Below, piece after piece: positions 1-7,134 of a stretch of 51,928 nt of DNA. This DNA is from a virus. The position numbers were made by a program, and so were the translations under genes. How positions within the stretch are numbered: position 1 is the first letter of the stretch; every line of letters begins with the position of its first letter. Below the pieces are notes generated by a model. The model was not told the origin of the DNA. It saw only the letters and a list, made by a program, of their open reading frames with translations, and did not search any database. The stretch lies in the UHGV virus genome UHGV-0019417; one strand, 5' to 3'.

Positions 1-79
1 TGTTCCCTATAGCAGATTCGAACTGCTCTACTTTCGTATCCACCCAACTGTGGCTAGGGATATAAGCCTTTATTTAGAC

Positions 80-565
80 TTATTCAATCACGATTTGTCC
101 CGTGGTCTTATCGATATAAAGTTGACTAATTTCTATCGAAGATACGGGCATACCATCCTCGTTAGTCTCTTTTGAGACCTTATGAATCGAGTAGCCGTAC
201 TCGTTCCAATGGTCCGATTCCACTGTTGCCCTAATTTCCATTAAGGCATCTATCGCGGCCTTTTCGGCGCAATAGTGTACATCGGACTTAGTCACAAAAT
301 CACCGTTGCAAGCGACCTCGAAAGTACACTTGCGCACAGGTCGGCTAGTAAAGCTTTTAGCCTTCTTGGCAGCCTCCTTGGCTTCTATAGCCGCCTTTTT
401 GGCTTCTATAGCCGCCTTTTTGGCTTTTTCCATCAATTCATTAGCCTCTTGCTCGGCTTTCTTGGCCATGATTTTGAGTTGTGAATTTTCGGCATTATTA
501 ACACTTTTGTTAACATTCTCGTTGGTCTTTTCGGCTGCCTTCTTTTCTGTTGTTTTAGTAGACAT
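80..565 (-). CDS. hypothetical early protein; Lys/Ala-rich low-complexity N-terminus (KKAAIEAK x2 from a 21-bp tandem duplication) and a globular C-terminal domain
   Basis: 161-aa ORF directly downstream (minus strand) of class-A structured leader repeat 566-680; stop codon abuts another class-A repeat copy. Confidence 0.5.
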   Translation of the reverse strand: MSTKTTEKKAAEKTNENVNKSVNNAENSQLKIMAKKAEQEANELMEKAKKAAIEAKKAAIEAKEAAKKAKSFTSRPVRKCTFEVACNGDFVTKSDVHYCAEKAAIDALMEIRATVESDHWNEYGYSIHKVSKETNEDGMPVSSIEISQLYIDKTTGQIVIE

Positions 566-608
566 AATTTTTAGGTTTTTTATGTTCTAGGCAAAATCGC
601 CTATTGTT

Positions 609-663
609 CCCTATAGTAGATTTGAACTACTCTACTTTCGTATCCATCCAATTATGGCTAGGG
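609..663 (-). ncRNA. class-A tRNA-like structured leader element, divergent copy (a)
   Basis: closing stem CCCTA/TAGGG encloses two hairpins, GTAG-ATTTGAA-CTAC and CCAT-CCAATT-ATGG; other copies have GCAG/CTGC and CCAC/GTGG, so both stems show compensatory changes. Confidence 0.55.
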
Positions 664-760
664 ATTTTGGCTTTATTGCTTTTTATCATTGGACCTTATC
701 CAATAATACAACTTGTGCATTATTTCAAATATCGTTGTGATTATTTTTTTAATCACATTG

Positions 761-792
761 CAAATGTATATGATATTTGCGCTCAAAAAAAA
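761..792 (-). promoter_or_regulatory. candidate Bacteroidota-type promoter (-7 box TACATTTG on minus strand) driving the leftward early operon
   Basis: reverse complement of 761-768 caaatgta = TACATTTG, with a T-rich/TTTG stretch about 15-20 nt upstream on the minus strand; about 190 nt upstream of ATG at 565. Confidence 0.35.
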
Positions 793-1123
793 TATTTCAC
801 TGATTATTTTTCGAGTTTAACCGTATTTTTTCCAATGTATTGATTTTCAATGATTTTGTAAATTGAGCTTTTAACGATTTTCACATAAATTTTATGCTAT
901 AGTACATAAATTTAAGCTTCACATTAACTTTTGCTTTTTTAACTTTTTTTTACACAATTCAAGTTTTGTAATATATCTATACTTTATATAAATTTGAGCA
1001 CTAAAGTGACTTAAAAACAATTCAAATTTAATATCTCACGTCGTCTCTATCGTATTATTTTATTAAAGCTTTAAGTGTATATATCTTATATATTAAAGTC
1101 GCTCAAAAGCGCTCAGAATCATT

Positions 1124-1208
1124 TCATTATTGTTATAAGTTCATTATTGTTATAAGTTCATTATTGTCATAAGTTCATTATTGTTATAAGTTCATTATTG
1201 TTATAAGC
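1124..1208. repeat. five tandem 17-bp iterons TCATTATTGTTATAAGT
   Basis: units at 1124, 1141, 1158, 1175, 1192 with 1-2 substitutions in total; intergenic between early operons. Confidence 0.8.
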
Positions 1209-1212
1209 TCAC

Positions 1213-1263
1213 GACACAAAGCCATAATCGCTGCTAGTTTAACAACAATTATGGCTTTGTGCC
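1213..1263. repeat. 14-bp inverted repeat CACAAAGCCATAAT(19 nt)ATTATGGCTTTGTG; second copy at 2141-2196
   Basis: near-identical element lies 3' of the paralogous minus-strand genes 1281..1493 and 2268..2582; not followed by a U-run, so not a classical terminator. Confidence 0.6.
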
Positions 1264-1280
1264 AAATATGTTAAATAGAT

Positions 1281-1493
1281 TTAGTTTCTATTGATGTAGT
1301 TTTTTATAACACTTTTTATGTTCTTTAGGATTCTATCATAGTTTTTGTTAAGGTCCTCTAAATCTAGTGTACAAATGTTATCATACACTAAACATTCGGC
1401 GATTTCGTGAGTAGTTGTTAGTTTATTTGGTTTATAGTTAGAAAGTGTTAAAAACTCAGCTACTTCGTTAATAAGTGTGTTTATAGTACGCAT
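1281..1493 (-). CDS. hypothetical small early protein; paralog of 2268..2582
   Basis: 70-aa ORF; N-terminus MRTINTLINEVAEFL and C-terminus NLxDLNKNYDxILKNIK shared with the 2268..2582 product. Confidence 0.5.
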   Translation of the reverse strand: MRTINTLINEVAEFLTLSNYKPNKLTTTHEIAECLVYDNICTLDLEDLNKNYDRILKNIKSVIKNYINRN

Positions 1494-1567
1494 AATGCTA
1501 ATATTTGTTAAAAGTTTAGCTACGAGGCTAAAAAGTATTAAAACCTCGTAGCTTTTGTTAATTTTTG

Positions 1568-1810
1568 TTAGTTTTCGTCGTAAATCGTTAAAGCGTCAAA
1601 AATATATTTGCCATTTGCAAAATATGCATAACAATTGTGAACGTCTTTTATGACTAATTCAACACTTTTAACGTTTTCTAGCCAATAAATGTCGATGTCA
1701 TAAAAATCTTTAAGTTTTTTAGCTAATTGTGAAAAATCGCTAAAATCTTCGTACCAATGCAAAAGTTTGTTAACGTCGCATTTTTTAATAATTTTAATTG
1801 TCTTAAGCAT
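1568..1810 (-). CDS. hypothetical small early protein
   Basis: 80-aa ORF preceded on the minus strand by a class-B promoter repeat (TATATTTGCAT). Confidence 0.5.
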   Translation of the reverse strand: MLKTIKIIKKCDVNKLLHWYEDFSDFSQLAKKLKDFYDIDIYWLENVKSVELVIKDVHNCYAYFANGKYIFDALTIYDEN

Positions 1811-1848
1811 AATTTTTAATTTTAGTTAGACTATATTTTTTATTAACT

Positions 1849-1944
1849 ATGCAAATATACTAATAAATATATAAGCATAAAAATTTTTAGGCATAATAAA
1901 CCAAAATAAATTTAAGATTTTTGTTAAATTGTATTCAAGCTAAA
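1849..1944 (-). promoter_or_regulatory. class-B early promoter repeat, copy 1; -7 box TATATTTG is the reverse complement of 1852-1859
   Basis: about 97-bp block roughly 90% identical to 2639-2735; contains TAnnTTTG about 40 nt upstream of ATG at 1810. Confidence 0.55.
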
Positions 1945-1946
1945 GT

Positions 1947-2064
1947 GTGTGAATAAAGCAAGTGATTATGTGAATAAAAGTTGATTTGATAGTAGATAGG
2001 TTAAATAAGCTTAACGCGTGCGTGGCTATGTGAATAAGAGTTGATTTGATAGTAGATAGGTTAA
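1947..2064. repeat. tandem duplication (60-bp period) of ATGTGAATAARAGTTGATTTGATAGTAGATAGGTTAA plus a third TGTGAATAA half-site
   Basis: 37-bp blocks at 1968-2004 and 2028-2064 nearly identical; intergenic. Confidence 0.7.
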
Positions 2065-2267
2065 TTGGTGTTAATAGTTAACAAGAATTATGGCTGAGAG
2101 CTAGGATTTAACCAAATTTAATGTATGGTAACGTTCATTCACGGCATAAAGCCATAATCGCTGCCAATTTAACAACAATTATGGCTTTATGCCAACTTAA
2201 ACTTATTTAACAATCATTATGGCACAAAACCATAACAATTGTTAAATAGGCTTAATGTTAAATAGGT

Positions 2268-2582
2268 TTAATATCCTTCACAATTATTTTCAATTTCAAT
2301 TTTTATGTTTTTTAGGACTTCATCATAATTTTCATTAAGATTTTCTAGACTATGTGAACGAAAGTAATCATTTATAAAAATTTCAGCAATTTCGTGAACG
2401 ACTTTTAATTCCTCTAAATTAAGTGAATAATTTTCGTCGTCATTTAATTTATCGAAAATTTCGTAAATAATTGTTTGATTCAATTTATGTTCTTCGACAA
2501 AAAAGTCAAATAACCATCCCGGAACGTTAAAAGTAATTAAATACTCTTGAACATCGTTAAAAAGTGTGTCTAAAGTGTGCAT
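2268..2582 (-). CDS. hypothetical small early protein; paralog of 1281..1493
   Basis: 104-aa ORF; shared N- and C-terminal motifs with 1281..1493; preceded by class-B promoter repeat copy 2. Confidence 0.5.
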   Translation of the reverse strand: MHTLDTLFNDVQEYLITFNVPGWLFDFFVEEHKLNQTIIYEIFDKLNDDENYSLNLEELKVVHEIAEIFINDYFRSHSLENLNENYDEVLKNIKIEIENNCEGY

Positions 2583-2638
2583 AATTTTTAATTTTTAATT
2601 TTTAATTTTGAACTTTAAGTTTTATTTTTTTATTTACA

Positions 2639-2735
2639 ATGCAAATATACTAATAAATATGTAAGCATAAAAATTTTTAGGCATAATAAATCAAAATAAA
2701 TTTAAGATTATTGTTAATAAGTATTTAAGCTAAAT
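2639..2735 (-). promoter_or_regulatory. class-B early promoter repeat, copy 2; -7 box is the reverse complement of 2642-2649
   Basis: ATGCAAATATACTAATAAATATGTAAGCATAAAAATTTTTAGGCATAATAAA... conserved with copy 1. Confidence 0.55.
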
Positions 2736-3058
2736 GCTGTTAAATTTTGGGCCCATTTGTGAAATAAGGTGTAGGGCCCTGTATATAAGTACTAGTACTC
2801 TGTCGCTCTCTTGCAAAAAAATTTTTAGACTATTCACCAAAATCGCTACAAATCTAAAAAAAATATAAATTTCTATTAAAGGTCAAAATATTTCTCAAAA
2901 ATAAAGCAGGCCCTTTCCAGGCTCGTTAATTTTTGTGAAATCTATCAAAATAAAAAATTAGATTGAATTTAGAATGGTTAAAAAATGTATAAAATAAAGC
3001 AGGCCCCCAGGCAAAAAAGTAGCTTTTGCTATTTACTCTTAGCAAAATTTATAGTTAC

Positions 3059-3525
3059 GAGAAACACAAACTTTTTTGAAAAGTACTGAATTTTTTTTAA
3101 ATTTCGCTCTAACTCATTGATTTTCAATACATTTCTTTTATATGAAAAAAATTCAGTAGAAACAATAATTTTCTTTGTTTCTCTTATTGTTTCTACGTAA
3201 CTCATTGAAAATCAACGACTTAGAGCGAGAGAAACAAAGGAAACAATACTCTCTAAACTTTCAGTGAGTCATTTGTTAAAAATAGAAAATAAATTTTAAC
3301 AATTACGCTCTAGAAAGTTTATAAAGTATTGTTTCCTTTGTTTCTCTTAAAATTTTCGCTCTAACTCATTGAAAATCAATGAGTTAGAGAGAAACAAAGG
3401 GAGAAACAAAGAAAATTCATTGTTTCTCTGAAATTTTTTATAGATTTGTAAAGCGTTGAAAATCAATGAGTTATGAGGCTTTATTGAAATTTTTTTTGTA
3501 CTTTTCAAAAAAGTTTGTGTTTCTC
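3059..3525. repeat. locus 1: about 467-bp imperfect palindrome bounded by 28-bp terminal inverted repeats (GAGAAACACAAACTTTTTTGAAAAGTAC); internal hairpins CTAACTCATTGAAAATCAATGAGTTAG and GAGAAACAAAG iterons
   Basis: 3059-3086 is the exact reverse complement of 3498-3525; multiple copies of CTCATTGATTTTCAA in both orientations; homologous to locus 2 at 28664-28940. Confidence 0.75.
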
Positions 3526-3629
3526 TGCTATACTGCTATTTTGTAAAAATGCTCTACAAATATATAAAATAATCTTAAAAATCTAAAATATATTAAAGCA
3601 ATGTAATTAAAGAAATTTAATATATTTTT

Positions 3630-3663
3630 ACTACAAATTTTAAAAAAAATATTGTATATTTGC
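3630..3663 (+). promoter_or_regulatory. Bacteroidota-type promoter (-7 TATATTTG at 3656-3663) for the packaging operon
   Basis: TGTATATTTGCAT about 25 nt upstream of ATG at 3688; the ATG at 3652 lies inside the box, so the ORF start is re-called to 3688. Confidence 0.5.
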
Positions 3664-3687
3664 ATTATCATTAAAAACAATAAAACT

Positions 3688-4425
3688 ATGAAACAAGAAG
3701 TAGTACACAGCCTAATTTCATCTTTGCTTCCAGAGCACGATGAATTAAATGAAAATTATAATTCTTCTGAAGATTTACAGAATGAAGTCCAACGAGTATC
3801 AGAAGAAAAAATACAAAAACAAAATGCAGCTACTCTGGCAAAATTAAAATTGCAAGAAAAGAAAAATATTGAAAAAATAAAAATGCAGGAAGCCAACCCT
3901 ACTTATGGCTTAAACAAAAAACAAAAAGAAAAACTCGAAAAAGAAAAGCAACAAACTTTACAAAATATAGCAGAACTTGAAGTAATAGAAGATTCACCTG
4001 AAGCACAGAATTTTTTATCAGGTGAAGGCCATTCTGATTTATCACCTTATGCAGGTACAACTAAAAGAGATGTTGTGAAGTTATTAGATTCATTAAATAT
4101 AAACCTTAATTTGTATTTAACTAGAACTGATACATATAATTTACTTTCATGCTTATTGACATGTAATGAAAATCAGTTAAATGCTTTATATAGTAATCCA
4201 CGTGTACCACTTGCAATAAAAACAGTAATAAAGCGATTAAAAGAAGATGCAAAACTCGGTAATGTAGAAACAATTGAAAGATTATGGGATAGAATTTTTG
4301 GTAAAACAAATGCAGCTATGCTTGAATTACCACAACAGAATCAATCATTACCTGGTATTATTCCAAATACAGTAGTTTCTCGTGAGGCTTATATGGTTAT
4401 TCGTGATACAATAATAGGTAAATAA
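3688..4425 (+). CDS. putative terminase small subunit
   Basis: 245-aa ORF immediately upstream of and abutting TerL; has a charged/coiled N-terminal half; assignment by position only. Confidence 0.35.
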   Translation: MKQEVVHSLISSLLPEHDELNENYNSSEDLQNEVQRVSEEKIQKQNAATLAKLKLQEKKNIEKIKMQEANPTYGLNKKQKEKLEKEKQQTLQNIAELEVIEDSPEAQNFLSGEGHSDLSPYAGTTKRDVVKLLDSLNINLNLYLTRTDTYNLLSCLLTCNENQLNALYSNPRVPLAIKTVIKRLKEDAKLGNVETIERLWDRIFGKTNAAMLELPQQNQSLPGIIPNTVVSREAYMVIRDTIIGK

Positions 4426-4427
4426 CT

Positions 4428-6017
4428 ATGGCACAATACAGTAAAACACAACAGAGGTCTTCTCTTGAAAAAATACAAAGCAGCGTTCATAATAAACTTG
4501 CAGGACAGCAGATAGACCCAAAAGAGCTTTTACGCCTAGATATGCTTTCATCACTTGAAAAATATACAAAAGCAATGTTTAAAGCCCAGTATCATCGTTC
4601 ATTTGCTGTCAATGAGCATCACAGGCATATATTTGAAGCATTACAGAATGTGGTTGATGGTAAATGTAAGCGATTAATCATTAACATGCCACCTCGATAT
4701 TCAAAAACTGAAACAGTAATTAAAATGTTTACTAGTTGGTGCTACGCTTTAAACCCAACATGCAAATTTCTTCATTTGTCGTATTCAGATACTCTTGTAA
4801 AAGATAATTCAGCTACGATAAGAAGTATCATGATGGAACCATTATATAAAGTACTTTTTCCAAATTCACAGCTTGAAAAAGAAAAAGGCTCATCAGAACG
4901 ATGGAAAACACTCGCTGGAGGTGAATTCTATGCAGTATCAACACAAGGACAGGTAACAGGTTTTGGTGCAGGTCAAGTTGATGAAGTCGATGAAAGCGAG
5001 CTTACTTATGATGACCTCACATTTGATAAAGGCTTGAATAAAATATTAGGATTGATAGATGCTAAAACCAATTTATTCAATGGTGCAATTCTGATTGATG
5101 ACCCTATGAAACCTGAAGATGCTGATTCTGATATTGTACGTGAACGTATTAACACACGATTTGAAAGTACTATACGAAACCGTGTGAATTCACGTGATAC
5201 TCCTATCATTATAATTATGCAGAGGCTTCATGAAAAAGATTTATGTGGATATTTGATGGAAAAAGAACCTGGTGAATGGACAGTATTATCTATGCCAGCA
5301 ATTCAAATTGATGAAAAAGGTAACAAAAAAGCATTATGGCCAATGAAGCATACAGTAGAGGAATTGGAACGAATGCGTGAAATTAATCCAGTTATCTTTG
5401 ACACACAGTATATGCAAGACCCTAAGCCTAAAGAAGGTCTTATGTATCCGAATGGATTTAATACATATACGCCAGACCAATTACCCAAAGGAGTACAAGC
5501 ATTAAAAAGATGGAATTATACAGATACTGCTGATACAGGCGCAGATTCACTCTGCTCCATTTGCTTTATTGATACACCAGAATTCTTATATATTACTGAT
5601 GTACTCTTCACTAATAAGCCTATGGAATATACTGAACCAAGAACAGCACAAATGTTGAATAAAAATAGAACTGTAAAGGCAAAAATTGAATCAAATAATG
5701 GTGGTAGAGGATTTGGTAGAAATATAAAAAGGATATTACGTGTAAGTCTTAAAAATTTTAGGTGTATAATTGAATTTTTCACACAAACAGAGAATAAATT
5801 TTCACGTATTTATAACTGGTCAGCCAATGTGCAATCAGAAATTCTCATGCCTGAAGGATGGGATAAAATGTGGCCAGGTTTTTATTCAGCAATTACAAGT
5901 TATCGTAAAGATAATAGACGACGGTCTATGCATGATGACGCTCCAGACTGCTTAACTGGATGTTATGAAATGCATATTGCTAGAGATAATAGAAAAGGAA
6001 TAATTCTCAGAAATTAG
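4428..6017 (+). CDS. terL: terminase large subunit
   Basis: 529 aa; N-terminal ATPase with Walker-A-like NMPPRYSKTE, Walker-B-like ILIDDP; C-terminal acidic nuclease motifs (DTADTGADS, HDDAPD); followed by a strong terminator. Confidence 0.85.
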   Translation: MAQYSKTQQRSSLEKIQSSVHNKLAGQQIDPKELLRLDMLSSLEKYTKAMFKAQYHRSFAVNEHHRHIFEALQNVVDGKCKRLIINMPPRYSKTETVIKMFTSWCYALNPTCKFLHLSYSDTLVKDNSATIRSIMMEPLYKVLFPNSQLEKEKGSSERWKTLAGGEFYAVSTQGQVTGFGAGQVDEVDESELTYDDLTFDKGLNKILGLIDAKTNLFNGAILIDDPMKPEDADSDIVRERINTRFESTIRNRVNSRDTPIIIIMQRLHEKDLCGYLMEKEPGEWTVLSMPAIQIDEKGNKKALWPMKHTVEELERMREINPVIFDTQYMQDPKPKEGLMYPNGFNTYTPDQLPKGVQALKRWNYTDTADTGADSLCSICFIDTPEFLYITDVLFTNKPMEYTEPRTAQMLNKNRTVKAKIESNNGGRGFGRNIKRILRVSLKNFRCIIEFFTQTENKFSRIYNWSANVQSEILMPEGWDKMWPGFYSAITSYRKDNRRRSMHDDAPDCLTGCYEMHIARDNRKGIILRN

Positions 6018-6041
6018 TATATAATAAATATATAAAAAAGT

Positions 6042-6081
6042 GTCTCCAGAGCTACTCTGAGCGCTCTGGAGACGCTTTTTT
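6042..6081 (+). terminator. rho-independent terminator after terL
   Basis: GTCTCCAGAGC ... GCTCTGGAGAC 11-bp stem followed by GCTTTTTT. Confidence 0.8.
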
Positions 6082-6164
6082 ATAAAAGTAATAAAAGTTA
6101 TCGTTAAAAATAAAAAGAGTTCTCAGAAATAAATTTTTGAAATTTTAATATTTTTTAAAACTTC

Positions 6165-6199
6165 AGATTTTTATTTTTCAAAACAAGCCTTTATATTTG
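6165..6199 (+). promoter_or_regulatory. promoter (-7 TATATTTG at 6192-6199)
   Basis: TTTATATTTGCGATA about 75 nt upstream of ATG at 6278. Confidence 0.45.
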
Positions 6200-6277
6200 C
6201 GATATACAGTAAACCTAAGCAGCTTTAATAAAAAAATGTTGCTTTTGTAGTATAATCACATTTAAAAATTAAAATTT

Positions 6278-6922
6278 ATGGGACTTAATTGTGGATGCCC
6301 TGCAGGAGCATGCTTAGCTGACCTTAAGATTGCTGAATGCAAAGAAAGTCTGGGGCAGATTCAAAAAATCATCATTCAACGCATTTACAAGTCTACAGGC
6401 GAAAAGAATTCGATTCCTGTTGCTAGTATTTCTAAAAAGACTACCATGTCTCCTTTCTTTGCTGCTAAAGATGGTACAAAAATGGTAGTATCACCCTATG
6501 TACAGAATCCTATTACGACACCTGGTGAAGAGCGTACATTTGGTGGTGGTAATCAAACACTTGGTGGTATTGAAATTGTAATTGGTCGTGAGCCGACTAC
6601 ATTTGAAGGAGTTATCTATCAGGAACAGCAGTCAACCATTAAAACATTGAAGGAGTATAGCTGCGAAAATATCGGAGTTTATCTTATTGATGAAAATGGT
6701 AACATAGGTTGTTTAGCTGATGCTGATACACCAACAGCTTACATGCCTATTCCTGTAGGTAAATTCTTTGTAGGTGATAAAAATCTTGGTGGATATGAAG
6801 AGCCTGATAGCAATACTATTAAATGGAGTTTCTTCCCTAACTGGTCAGATAATCTTGTAATCGTAAAAGCTGATAAGTTTGATTACAATCCTTTGACTGA
6901 CCTCGCAAATGCAACAGCTTAA
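6278..6922 (+). CDS. hypothetical protein (head module)
   Basis: 214-aa ORF between terL and the putative portal, with its own promoter; Cys-rich N-terminus CGCPAGAC; no recognisable motif. Confidence 0.5.
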   Translation: MGLNCGCPAGACLADLKIAECKESLGQIQKIIIQRIYKSTGEKNSIPVASISKKTTMSPFFAAKDGTKMVVSPYVQNPITTPGEERTFGGGNQTLGGIEIVIGREPTTFEGVIYQEQQSTIKTLKEYSCENIGVYLIDENGNIGCLADADTPTAYMPIPVGKFFVGDKNLGGYEEPDSNTIKWSFFPNWSDNLVIVKADKFDYNPLTDLANATA

Positions 6923-7134
6923 TGAGAAAGATTAAAAAAGAAAAAACTGTTATTCTGTGTACACCTGATGGAGAAACGCGTGAGTTTACATTATCACACG
7001 CAGAACGCCTATTAGATATGGGTGATGCTCTAAATGGTGGCTGGAAAATAGTTGAAAACAGTAATTATTATTACGACGAAGAAAATGGCATTAGACTTAA
7101 ATCAGATAAAGCAAATATTGCAGAAACCGAGTAA
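6922..7134 (+). CDS. hypothetical small protein
   Basis: 70-aa ORF; overlaps the start of the next ORF by about 80 nt in another frame. Confidence 0.3.
   Translation: MRKIKKEKTVILCTPDGETREFTLSHAERLLDMGDALNGGWKIVENSNYYYDEENGIRLKSDKANIAETE

Noticed and set aside
604-843. Plus-strand 79-aa ORF 604..843
   Set aside because: Overlaps the class-A leader repeat and the candidate minus-strand promoter; hydrophobic junk-like translation with no start context; likely spurious.
1124-1208. 17-bp tandem repeat array considered as a possible CRISPR array
   Set aside because: Units are contiguous with no spacers, too short for CRISPR repeats, and no cas genes are present; interpreted as iterons.
3652-3687. 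ATG at 3652 as start of the TerS-like gene
   Set aside because: That ATG lies inside the TGTATATTTGCAT promoter box; the downstream ATG at 3688 is used instead.
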